NCBI GenBank assembly: GCA_029933425.1
Contig: JAOZOF010000005.1
Span: 1 to 35,472, forward strand
Reading direction: 5' to 3'
Length of the DNA stretch: 35,472 nucleotides
Source of the DNA: Marinilabiliaceae bacterium
Lineage (GTDB): Bacteria; Bacteroidota; Bacteroidia; Bacteroidales; Marinilabiliaceae
Shown here: positions 8,101 to 18,000 of the stretch, piece after piece
How the letters are laid out: every line of letters begins with the position of its first letter
Position numbering within the stretch: the stretch's first letter is position 1
Program-made: the position numbers and the translations under genes
The notes under the pieces: model-generated
Told to the model about the DNA's origin: nothing
Seen by the model: the letters and a program-made list of their open reading frames with translations, nothing else
Database searches by the model: none

Positions 8101-11100
8101 ATCCTCTCTTCCATCAAAATATCGAGAGCAACATCCCTGTATGCAAGAGCCAGAGACTGACGAAGAAACATAAAGAAAAGTGAATTGCTTTTCAGATCGT
8201 CGTAAGCATCATCATTCCAAAGATGGTCAAGAGGAACAGAAAGCAATTTATTAATATAAGTATTCCCATTAACAGAAGGAAGGAAATCATCATCATTTTC
8301 ACGCACAAAAGGTCCTAACAACTGTCCAAACTCATTATGATACCTCAAACGGAATATCCTTGCCTCTCCTATCCGTTCAATGTGTTTCATGTCGAAATAA
8401 GTATCATCAATAAAATACCCTTCATCAAGAAGTTGTCCGAAGAGCGTTTTCATGTTTGCAGGACCGTACATGGAATCCTTTGAAAAATTAACCGTAAAAT
8501 CTTCTCCTATCGACGGTTTTATGCTCCGGCGCTGTGCCACATTGGTATTGTAACGATAATACTGTTCGATAGAAGTAGCCTGTAATCCCAGTAACTGTAT
8601 AAAATGTTCCTGAGCAGATTTTTGTTCCGGGTCAAAATCATCGATCTTCAACTTTTCTCTTTTTACAATGTCTGTCCATTGCCTTCTTAAGACTGACAGA
8701 AGATGATTTAACCTGATATCGAAACGCTGTTGCAGGATGTTATCAGAATATGACGAAGAATAGTATTTTATATCATCTTTATCAAGTGGTGGCAACTGTT
8801 CATTTCTATATGCCTTAAATCTTGAGAATGCGGTCGTTGGCAAAATACCATAAGGCTGGTTACCGATACGCAAAGCCGGAAGCCATCCCCGTCCCGTAAC
8901 ATATTTTGTAAAATATTCACGTGTTCTTCTGTTGTTATCGAGGTTAAATACAGTATCCAACACCTCTTCAAGATAGTACCCCATGGTACTGTTCCACATG
9001 CTTTTATTCATCAACAAAGCGTTGTAGATATCCCTGCCGTCTGCATTTTTCAGTCTGTTGAAAACGGAATCATCAACACCAAGTGCCTCCATTATGCGAT
9101 AGCCATCTATGTTTTGCCTGCCGGCAGAGTATTCCGTAAAAACAGGAGATCCGGTAATTCGCCTGTAAGTATCATCAATCTCATCCTGTGAGCTAAAACC
9201 TGAGACTTTCTTTTCTGTGTTATTCGTGGCTGTGCCTATGGATAGAAGATCAATACCTTCAGGTAAATATGCATGAGATCTTAACAGTTTTTCCAGCATG
9301 ATCTTGGCCTCTTCTGCTCCCGTATGTTTTACTCCGATAACAATGATCTTATCAAACCCGTTTTCTCTCTCATCAGGTCTCAGTGGTACAGTAATTCCCA
9401 TACCTTTTTTTACTGCCTCATCAAAATCGGTGAGCCATTTTGTATTCTCATCCATTTTCAGATTGCCTTTGTCATCATATTCAAAAAGGCCTTCTGTATT
9501 TGATGAAGGATCGATACCGACAATAAGAGGATCGGGAATGGCATTACCTACTTTTGTATGAGTAAATTCACCGTCTTTCATGCCGAGAAAAACAAATCGA
9601 TCAGGCATAACCTCTGAACGCGGAGCTCCGGACCAGGATTCTTCTTTTAACCTGTAATCATCAGGAAATTCAGGAAATACGGTAGATTCTAACAATGTAA
9701 TATCCTTAACTGCTTTCACTTCCTCCAGTTTACCGACAAGAGTAACTGCAGCATTAACAGCATCATCAAAATTGCTGATATCCTGAGACGTAAGTTGAAG
9801 GCCTGATAATTTATTGAAAGTCTGTTTCAGAGCATTTAATTTTTGCCCCACCTGATCCAGCAATCCGGCAACAGTGTTAAGCATACCGGCAGTTTCCTTC
9901 TGAAAATGGTCAGCCAGTATCACACATGCATTCAGCTCAAAATGCAGGTTATTCAGATTTACCGGTAAAAAGCTGAAGTTGCTTCTGTTCTGAGCATTTA
10001 TTTCATCAATGATACTATTTACTTCTTTAAGTTTGTTTTTGATCTCAATTAAAGGTCTCGACGGTTTACGGTGTCCCCGCCCTGTTCTTTCGGGAGTTAA
10101 AAGATCACGCAAATAAACGGCTCTGTTCTCACCGTACTTCAATGCAAGCGGGCGCCATGCTGCCAATTCTGTCTCCTCGTCATTGGCGGCATTCCATACC
10201 TCTGTCCAGAAATACCGGGTATCATCAAGCTCCTCACGGGTAATGGCTTCTTCATGAGAATTGATAAAAATATCATCAGGATAGATCCTTACCCAAAGCT
10301 CATCAACTGTTTCGGAAGGCATTTCAAAGATGAACTTCTTCCTGAAATCGTCATAAAAAGCATCATATTCATCAGTGATATCACTTTCCAATGTTCCTGC
10401 TATATCGTTTATCGCTTTCTTTGCCTGCTTCATCTCCTCAATTAACGAAGCCAGCCTGCGATTACTTTTAGCCTTTTTTTCTATTCTTGTAAAAAACGTA
10501 TTAAGACCATTAAGCCTGTAATGCAGGTCTTTAAAGAATCTTTCAGGAATAATTGTTGTTTTGGTTACCAAAGCAGCAAACTCATCCTTAAAATCCTGCA
10601 CTCTGCTTACTGCAATTCCCAAAGCCCTTTTATGCACAGTATCAGCATAAGCAAGTGTTCTGATATGTTCGGTAAGTTCATCTAATTTTCTTATTGCAAT
10701 GTTATAGGCATTAGCACTTTCAATAAAATTGGAATTTTTGATAAAAGCTCTGTTTTCCGGTGCTTCAAGTTTCAACCCTTCAAGGTCAGCCCTGTAATTT
10801 TCGTTGATATGGGATATACTGCGGGTTATCCCTGCTTTTTCATAGCGATTAGTTGGTTTAAGCCGCGATACCTGCCATGTATACTCTTCGAGCAGAACAT
10901 CAACCTCGCTCCATGTTGACCTTAACTGATGGATAATTTCGGGAGAACCGGTGATGATATCATGCCCTGCCTCCCTGAATTTTCGTAAGAGATGATAAAG
11001 ATGAACACGTGTTTCCTTTAATTCACCATAATTTTTAAACCCTTTTTTGTTTATCAGTTCCAGCTCAAATTTGATCATTTTGGCCTGGTAAACCAATTCT

Positions 11101-12029
11101 GTTCCGTTTACTCTTTTTAACTCATAAACATAGTTCAGTTTAGGAACTATCACCTCTTCTATCATTGTTGAAATATTACGCATTCCCGGAAGAATAAAAG
11201 AGTGATATCTTGTCAGAAACTCATTTCTTTTATAATCGGAACGAATACGTGAGAGTTTTTTTCTGACTTTGGTCAGAGCCCTGTGATACACTACCGGCAT
11301 TTCACTTATCCGGCTGATCTGATTTGGATTGGCAATTACATTTTTCATTGCCTTCTCTTCCACATCAACAAGAGTCTTGTCTATCTTCTCAAACTGTTTA
11401 TCAATGTAGTTGAAATAGTGATGTTTTGTCTTTGAAGTATACTTAACCGGTTTATCCGATATTCGCTGTAACACATCTTCAATGTAATTCAATTTACCTA
11501 CCAGTTGCTTTCCTTCGTCATATTCAGTCTCTTTTGCTTTTGCGATCCGGTAATTCTCAATTTTCAAAACAGCATTTTCCAAAGCCCGTCTGACATTTGC
11601 TAAATGTTGTTGTAACTCATGCGACAGACCTTCAAATTTTACAATCAGGCGGTCATAGCTTTCCCTGATATCCGCCACGTTCTCTTCCCACCGGGTATTC
11701 TCAGGATATGGCAGAGGCATAGGATCAACCATCCTTCTGTCAAGATCGCTGATCACTTTTTCTAATTGTCTACGCAGGTCTCTTGCTTCAGGGAGATCAT
11801 CAAGCTCAACATGTTCGAGTTTAAGGAACAGATATTTCAGCTCCACCAGAAGATGTAACACATCCGGATCGAAATTCAGTGACACAGGCCTGTCAACCTT
11901 CATGAACCTTGTTTCAAGCCTTACCGGCATCAAAAGAAAAGGGAACTGGTCGCTATGTCTCCCTGTAGCCTGTCGCACCTGCTGAATGTTAGGATCATTA
12001 AATTTGGTACTGATAATATCCTGACTCAT
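5139..12029 (-). CDS. Giant-operon protein C (2296 aa), unknown function; long N-terminal helical/coiled-coil-like region
   Basis: Uninterrupted 2296-codon ORF. No signal peptide, TM cluster, or T9SS CTD. The N-terminal motif FPFLLMPVRLETRF is encoded at about 11904-11945. Roughly the first 800 aa are rich in E/K/L/R heptad-like sequence. A later motif, GRGWLPALRIGNQPYGILPTTAF, is encoded at about 8830-8900. Confidence 0.9.
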   Translation of the reverse strand: MSQDIISTKFNDPNIQQVRQATGRHSDQFPFLLMPVRLETRFMKVDRPVSLNFDPDVLHLLVELKYLFLKLEHVELDDLPEARDLRRQLEKVISDLDRRMVDPMPLPYPENTRWEENVADIRESYDRLIVKFEGLSHELQQHLANVRRALENAVLKIENYRIAKAKETEYDEGKQLVGKLNYIEDVLQRISDKPVKYTSKTKHHYFNYIDKQFEKIDKTLVDVEEKAMKNVIANPNQISRISEMPVVYHRALTKVRKKLSRIRSDYKRNEFLTRYHSFILPGMRNISTMIEEVIVPKLNYVYELKRVNGTELVYQAKMIKFELELINKKGFKNYGELKETRVHLYHLLRKFREAGHDIITGSPEIIHQLRSTWSEVDVLLEEYTWQVSRLKPTNRYEKAGITRSISHINENYRADLEGLKLEAPENRAFIKNSNFIESANAYNIAIRKLDELTEHIRTLAYADTVHKRALGIAVSRVQDFKDEFAALVTKTTIIPERFFKDLHYRLNGLNTFFTRIEKKAKSNRRLASLIEEMKQAKKAINDIAGTLESDITDEYDAFYDDFRKKFIFEMPSETVDELWVRIYPDDIFINSHEEAITREELDDTRYFWTEVWNAANDEETELAAWRPLALKYGENRAVYLRDLLTPERTGRGHRKPSRPLIEIKNKLKEVNSIIDEINAQNRSNFSFLPVNLNNLHFELNACVILADHFQKETAGMLNTVAGLLDQVGQKLNALKQTFNKLSGLQLTSQDISNFDDAVNAAVTLVGKLEEVKAVKDITLLESTVFPEFPDDYRLKEESWSGAPRSEVMPDRFVFLGMKDGEFTHTKVGNAIPDPLIVGIDPSSNTEGLFEYDDKGNLKMDENTKWLTDFDEAVKKGMGITVPLRPDERENGFDKIIVIGVKHTGAEEAKIMLEKLLRSHAYLPEGIDLLSIGTATNNTEKKVSGFSSQDEIDDTYRRITGSPVFTEYSAGRQNIDGYRIMEALGVDDSVFNRLKNADGRDIYNALLMNKSMWNSTMGYYLEEVLDTVFNLDNNRRTREYFTKYVTGRGWLPALRIGNQPYGILPTTAFSRFKAYRNEQLPPLDKDDIKYYSSSYSDNILQQRFDIRLNHLLSVLRRQWTDIVKREKLKIDDFDPEQKSAQEHFIQLLGLQATSIEQYYRYNTNVAQRRSIKPSIGEDFTVNFSKDSMYGPANMKTLFGQLLDEGYFIDDTYFDMKHIERIGEARIFRLRYHNEFGQLLGPFVRENDDDFLPSVNGNTYINKLLSVPLDHLWNDDAYDDLKSNSLFFMFLRQSLALAYRDVALDILMEERIINENTRRRAGSKGTYLIPGPDGNDVIFTKWDYLFRRLSDLENMMSDGIRVFEHFPLAGEGVWEHNKLWKHIKSHNWSMGDYLYQLREDDLNVVKVTQLKNQFLELNELPVSVLERLFAEHLDLCTYRFDAWQLGLANKRLDKMRKGTAPKGIYLGAFGLLEDLKPGGERKPAVDLPDRLKENDNKIVYTDEDNEGFIHTPSINHAMTAAILRGGYMANRGAGDMNNAMAVNLTSKRVRMALKLIGGIRNGQETGALLGYQFERGLHENYLAQGIELDKYIYDLRRKFPLVPDVDSGTAINQNEEKNLMHVVNGLELLESVRELLGEEALRSADSFYELERSNMSQLKSDLFPNTNITNIQFEAILKEIDEMANAFDAMGDLLLSESVYHIVQGNHVRSAAVFAALSEGRVPQEVQIVNTPRTGHVLTQRMVLQLETVSSSLLESDPSAAISQHWGNVALTPRAFAEPSLNKWLGNIIGDPSLIRCYVTYMQDDAEHSYIVRLSDLGLQPIDALYVLNSTEKDNDDSLNKLIAYQVRSSQSVPVDITLNIHFKDRNEHLVENSETLTPDIKTFNEVMPLFNGLYETITRSRHTTAEDYVIPGSNVPDDLNLQQLDIDELMLRTNIAYSKFSGIRDDIQSVFDGKGINVNDVNEVKEAVYTEDEINTLNDKLLEAFYFGIQGTVPDDPGSGNGKTLAVQAVGVLKEMIVKANKADAFIGYDDRLEDMTKVNSLKDAAGELFGKDFVVVPHFTLRNREELAEILGLGREQGLLRNADEFAMDAWAESIAKVRERVNKVEMVSTMTRLFDNHFPEYTPVQLPYETVKTVDGGEVADYWLGLEYPQEYEPESDKLSLVVLNKDQLIAGSSGSRTCGLLIDEWIEVIPQKEETTGVTFNYDQPDAEPPQSMLLAVPPEETGWWKWDDLAYTILDTMDLYKARLVEPEHIDKSIFTQVLPAVLGEYPVVNEYRDELAKLGMFDLAENNTENND

Positions 12030-12075
12030 GATTATATTTTTTTCAATTATTAAATATTTCTAAAAGACCCGTTGT

Positions 12076-14976
12076 TCAGGGAAGCATTTCTGATGCATGC
12101 CGGGCATAAATAACAGGGTTCTGATACAGTATAAAAGCCATTTCAGCCGAATTGGTTCCCCACGACGGGTTTGAAGCTGTTGCTCTGATATAACTGCAAC
12201 TGATGCAGTACAACTCATCGAGGCTTCCGTCAGCGGGAACAAGGTGCCCCCATTCCAGGTCATTCCATACTGTTGCATTTCCCGCAGGTATGGTTTCCGA
12301 ATCATCCAGCCCGAAATTTATCTGTCCCGGACGCTCTTTCAACACAAAGAACCACCCCTCGGGATAATCATTGTTCCCCTGTGCCTCTTCTTTAGTCAGA
12401 TTAAAGCCGAAGATGGCAATATCCGGCTCAAGCTCAGCCTGAAATATAGGCGTTCTGATATTATCAGGATTGTTCATGTCAGACAATCCTCTGGGTTGTC
12501 CGGCTCCGCTGGACACAGCCTGCTGAGCAAAGATCACTGTGTTAGGATATTTTCGCAGCAAATCGCCACGGATAACGAGAACCACAAAGTTCTTTTTCTT
12601 CTCCGGTGTTCCCTGTTCATTGATTATCCTTTCATTGTGTTCGCCAAGATGATCATTCCATTGATCCATAGGAAGAATGTCATGATCGTCCCTAACGCTC
12701 AGACTATCCTTGTCGTCCCAGAAGTTCCTGAAATAGGAACCTCTCTGGTCAGTCGGGTACTCACGCCACAAAAGTTCTTTCGACATTTCATGGTTCAGCC
12801 CTGTCATAATAGATTCTATGAACACCTGATTGTTTTCAAGAAGTGTTATCGTATTTTCCGGTATTTCTCTGATGTTGGGAATGATATAATCCTGAGATAC
12901 TTTTTGCAGATAAAGAAACATGGGTTCCTGAATTTCAGGATAAGCCATTATTGGTTTTATTTTCGCCAATTTATTCTTTCCCACAAGTATTCTCGGGGAT
13001 AACATATTCGGTATTGTAACTAACGGATCGATCTGCTTTGACAACGATTGTGAGAATCCTTCCAGATCATGAAGTGATGGAGGAACAGGCTTAACAGGAA
13101 GCGTTGCAAGCTCTGATGCAAACGTCTGAAAATTATGCAAAAACAGTTCTTGCGAAGAAATAGCTTCAGGAGGAAGCTGTAAATTCTCATTTTCCTGTGC
13201 TTGCTGTGTATTCTGCAAATCAAGAAAATAATTTATAGCACTTTCAACCTCTGAAGTAGATACTACCATAGCAGGTTCAGTTTTCTTTTTAGCTGCTGTA
13301 AGAGCCCTCTCTTCTGTGCCTATATCTTCAAGGTTAAAATTAGTTATCAGCTCTTTCAGTATCGGGGTTCCGGTTGCATCCGCCTCTTCTTTGTTAAGAT
13401 TTTTAATTGCTTTCTTTCCCGGACGCACGATCTTTTTAAAAGCAGCACTCCTGACAGCATTAGGGATCTTGCTGCGTGTCAGATTCTCCTCAAAAGTTTC
13501 ATTGCTTTCAGGATGCAGAATGAACTTTTGTGCAGCAGAGGTCGTCATTAAAAGTTTATCTTTATCCATACGGGTAAAATGTTTCTCATAAATGGCATTA
13601 TTGATCATTTTAGCCATTTCGGCTTCCCGTATTTTCTGATTAGCCTCATTGATCTCACCCACCTGTTTCCAGGCCATCTCCATAAATTTCTCCTGATACT
13701 TTCTGACAATACCGGTTCCCACTGAGGCTGCTGCCCTGTTTTTAGGATCAAGATTAAGCTCATCAATCCATACTTTTACATTTCCGCCGGCTTTTCGCAT
13801 AAGAGCCTGCCACTTACCATAAATAGGCGGACTTACAACAGGATCATCAACTACTTTCTCAGAATAAAACACATCAGGATCGTTAGGATCATAAAACGGA
13901 TTTACAACATTGCTGCTGTCCTGGGTTGTTTCACTGATATCAGCTGAAACATTTAAAATGAGCTTCAGCTTGTCTCTGAACTGAGTATCGCCTGCTCCGC
14001 CCGGCCATACCGTCGGGGTGAACGAAGGAGGTTTAAGAGCTCCTTCCAGGCCCAGAACAGTGGTGTTTGCCATGTCATCCAGCCCCATCCCGGGTTTCTG
14101 GATATTCATATCACGTTTCCCGAAATTCGGTCCCAAAGGTTTAGCTGTAAGTATTCGCACAAGTGATTCGAAATCGCCGTTCCTTCCGGTTTTAAACTCC
14201 CAGTGGTAATAAACAGGATAATCATTAGGCCTTACGGATGAATCAGCCGTGCTACCGGTGGTCCATGAAGATTTTTGTGCCGGCACATCTTTGGGGTCTT
14301 CACCCAAACCCGCCAGTCGTCCTGTTTCAAAGGCAGGGATCAGAAAAGCATGGTATTTCACACCATCTTCTGCCCGCTCCAAATGCCGCGGACTTATCAA
14401 TCGGGAATATGCAATATCAGGGTTGGCTTTCAGTTCCTGCGTAAGCATACTCTGCACCCCGGTCCGGTTCAGAGAATGATTTACGTGTACATGCGCCCAT
14501 GCCCAGGTCTCTGTATTATCGGGAAACACCTTTGCGGCAGCATTATTTTTAATGCTTACAAAAGGTAACCCGTCACCCATATCCCTGAACTCATACTCTT
14601 CTTCTTTGGCCACTATCAGAAAAAGCCACGGACGCAATCTTTTTTCACTTTCAACCCTTATGGCAGGAGTATATCTCCATGGGAAATCCTCCTCGTAAAA
14701 TTCAATGTATGCCAACGCATTACTTTCAAAGTCTTCTGTACCCTCCTGAGGATGGACACGCAAAACAGCATCTTTGTTTATGCCTGTTACATCTCCGGGC
14801 CCCTGCAGTTTGATGTTTTTTGTTATCAGGGTATTGTTAAGATCGAACTGAACCGTGAGTTCCGCCCTCTCTTTAGTTGCAGTAACAGAAACTCCAAGTG
14901 TATCCTGCTCTGTTATCTTATTGGCTATCCCCAGCTTCAACCAGGGAAGAAATGAATATTTAGATAGTGAGGCCAT
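12076..14976 (-). CDS. Giant-operon protein B (966 aa), unknown function
   Basis: Uninterrupted 966-codon ORF starting 27 nt after the stop of the 1495-aa gene. No signal peptide. Distinctive strings are YSFLPWLKLGIA, LQGPGDVTGI, EEDFPWRYTPA, RPWLFLIV and C-terminal VLKERPGQINFGLDD. A short helical stretch is KFMEMAWKQVGEINEANQKIREAEMAKM. Confidence 0.9.
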   Translation of the reverse strand: MASLSKYSFLPWLKLGIANKITEQDTLGVSVTATKERAELTVQFDLNNTLITKNIKLQGPGDVTGINKDAVLRVHPQEGTEDFESNALAYIEFYEEDFPWRYTPAIRVESEKRLRPWLFLIVAKEEEYEFRDMGDGLPFVSIKNNAAAKVFPDNTETWAWAHVHVNHSLNRTGVQSMLTQELKANPDIAYSRLISPRHLERAEDGVKYHAFLIPAFETGRLAGLGEDPKDVPAQKSSWTTGSTADSSVRPNDYPVYYHWEFKTGRNGDFESLVRILTAKPLGPNFGKRDMNIQKPGMGLDDMANTTVLGLEGALKPPSFTPTVWPGGAGDTQFRDKLKLILNVSADISETTQDSSNVVNPFYDPNDPDVFYSEKVVDDPVVSPPIYGKWQALMRKAGGNVKVWIDELNLDPKNRAAASVGTGIVRKYQEKFMEMAWKQVGEINEANQKIREAEMAKMINNAIYEKHFTRMDKDKLLMTTSAAQKFILHPESNETFEENLTRSKIPNAVRSAAFKKIVRPGKKAIKNLNKEEADATGTPILKELITNFNLEDIGTEERALTAAKKKTEPAMVVSTSEVESAINYFLDLQNTQQAQENENLQLPPEAISSQELFLHNFQTFASELATLPVKPVPPSLHDLEGFSQSLSKQIDPLVTIPNMLSPRILVGKNKLAKIKPIMAYPEIQEPMFLYLQKVSQDYIIPNIREIPENTITLLENNQVFIESIMTGLNHEMSKELLWREYPTDQRGSYFRNFWDDKDSLSVRDDHDILPMDQWNDHLGEHNERIINEQGTPEKKKNFVVLVIRGDLLRKYPNTVIFAQQAVSSGAGQPRGLSDMNNPDNIRTPIFQAELEPDIAIFGFNLTKEEAQGNNDYPEGWFFVLKERPGQINFGLDDSETIPAGNATVWNDLEWGHLVPADGSLDELYCISCSYIRATASNPSWGTNSAEMAFILYQNPVIYARHASEMLP

Positions 14977-15003
14977 ATCAGTAGATTTTAAATTTTTCTG
15001 TTC

Positions 15004-18000
15004 TTAATCCTGTAAAACTGCTTTATAGTCAGGAATGATGATCAATTCATCTTTCAGTGACGGATCAGCAGTTGCAGCGTTCAAAAATGCCTCATTGGCT
15101 TCAGCTCTTGAACCTTGTTGGAAAGTAACCGAATCAAAAACCTTCAGATCGCTCTTTCTCGCAATAACAAAATGTTCTGTTCCAAGAGTGACTTTCTTTG
15201 GATTATTAAATGTCCGCACTCTGTTTTTCCCTGAGAGAACCGAATTACTTACAGCTCCTCCTTTTGCAAAATGAGTAAAAAGCTCTGCAGGAATTGTTAA
15301 CAGATCAGACTGATGAATTCCGTAGCTTGTCAGACCTCTGTCCGGATTGTCATTCATGCGTTCAGTATCCGAAATAATAACCTCATATTCCACATTTTTG
15401 TTAATGCCCCACTGCGTTTCGGGCTCATCTGTTCCTGTGGTTTTAAACCCGCCTTTAAGCTTTTCAAATGAAGGAGCTGATAATTTATCGTCATCACTCA
15501 TCTCTTTGTAAGCTGCAGGAACAAAGTCTTCCCTCGCCGTCCCGGTATCGAGAGGTGTTGTACCACTTGAGTTATAAAGTCTGATATCAGATATCTCAAA
15601 CAACTTATCACCTGTCGGATTATTATTCCCGAACCGTTCAATGGAGATCCCGAGAGGAACTATCTTCTGACTTACGGTAAGTGTACCGAAGGCAGCCATC
15701 AGAACTTCTCCTTCAGCAAGGTCGATATCTTTACGCAGTGTTATCAGGTCGAAATGATCAACGGGAAGTTCACTTTTCCAGTTATTGCTGTCGTTAAGAG
15801 CTTTGATAACAAGCGGCAAAACATTGACATCGGGAAGAGTGATCTTTTTCTCCTCACCGATAGTCTTACTAAATTTGGCAGTATACTTAATGAACAATAT
15901 TCTGAAAGAAGCCTTGCCGGAAGCAACCCACGGATTAGGCCCTGTAAGAGTAAAGCTGAGTGAAATAGAGAACAGGGTCGATCCACCGCATTTTACAGCC
16001 AGCCCGGCACTTACCTGTGCAATAAAACGAAAAGGATCGAAAATAAACAACACATCAAATCCAAATCCTCCTACAATTTTGAACATTGCCACCTTCAAGT
16101 AAAAGTCAATGGCAGCGCCAAACTGAACGGAGTTAGTTGTAAGGGCAAAATAGCTGGTAAGTGTCAGCCTCGGATTTCCGCTAAGGAAATTGATGGTCAG
16201 CCGTTTCATCTCAAAGAAATGCAGATGCGGTGCAGGTTTATAAGCCGGGTGAAATCCTCCCACTGCGACGGCAAAATCAGGACTGGCACCCCACGACAAA
16301 CGCAAAGCCATCTGACCTTCGAGAGTAAAGGTGACAATGCGTGAATCGAATAATCCTGCATCAAACGATATCATTCCTTTATTAAAGTCTATAACACCTA
16401 TGAATGCCACATTGATCTTTATCAATGCATGTTCTTTGGTAGGGATAGCAGTTCTTATCACACCGAGAATAAATATCCTTACAGGATCGTCAAATTCGAT
16501 CATCACTCCCAGTTCAATGGTAAGCAATGGCGGTGTATTCCAGGTTATCATGGCCATCGGGCCAATCAGGAACTGATCGCGCTTAGGCGGGAATATTGCA
16601 CGCAAATCACTTATGATCTGACTGATGTTGCTGATCACATTTTTGGGGAAAAGAATATTTGAGATAGATCCCGTATTGACACCTGAGCCTAATTTATCGG
16701 CATTAACAGTACGATGTAATCCGATCAAACCACCCACTCCTGAAAGGTAGAAATTATAACTCAGAGGTATCGGCGCCGGAAACTCCGTTGTTATGATTAT
16801 CAAAAGTGATGTCCCTTTACTTCCGTCAGGCAGAACTGTTGTAAGCAGGCCAATGGCAGTAAACGAGAACATATCCTGAATTGACAGCTCAAGGGCTCCG
16901 GCATACCGGTTGTTATCACTGTCGAAGAAAAGATATCCGCCTCCTGTAAAGATATCTGACTCAAGACTTATACCTATACCTTTAGGATAGATGACGCGCA
17001 AACTGACATCCACCGGACCCAGATTTCCCCCGCTGTCTTTTAATTCTATCTTAGCACCAAGTCCCATGCCTTCGATGGTACAGGTAACAGGGCCCAGCGA
17101 GAATTTCGTTCCTAACAGCAAAGCATCTATTTCTGTCGGATCTCCTGTTTTCAGATCGATCTGAATAGCCCTTATGGACATAACATCGCCAAAGCTCATA
17201 TCGACAGGCACAGTGGCACTTCCTCCCTGCCCTATATTTTTTATATTGAAACCATTCGGCCATGAAAGATCAATATCAATATCGATATTATCTGTTTCCG
17301 ACAGATCAAACTTTTTGATGTCAATATCTTTTGGCACAAATTTCTCAATACCCGGAATAACAATATGATTAACGATCTTACCTCCGAATCCGAAACTCCA
17401 TTTACTGCCATGTTTACCTATCGACAACATCGACAGCTGAACATTTATCAGATCTTCGATATCAACAACATTTATGTAATCCGTACCTTCCGGAATCTTT
17501 GCTGTTATAGCAAAACCATTTTCTTCAAAAGTGATATCTATATTCAGTTCAATATCAAAAGCATCAATTTTAATGGTTCCTGATATTTCGGTGTCAGATT
17601 CAATAATGCCGTCTTTGTTAAAACCGATAGTAAGTTTGGTGAGCTTGATCTCCAGCCCGCCGAGATAAAGTGATGGAACAGGGGAACCTGAAACACTGAT
17701 CTTGTAATTATCGTTGTCCTTCGTCAGATTTATTCCGATGGCCTGAGGACTTCCGCTGCCGTTATCAACCATTGGAAAGCACAAAGTGCCGTCTGCAGAG
17801 AACTCCTTAATGCCTGAAGTATTCAAGCTGAACAAAATAGTTCCGAGGTCTAGTTTTATTCCGGCTAAATCAAAAGCAGGAATATTATCAAAAGTAAATG
17901 AATATGTATCATCTGATATTGTCACAGCTATGTCCACTTGCGCATCTTCATCTGTTCCCGCTTTTTTCAATCCCTCAATGATCAGTTTTCCGTTGATGTT

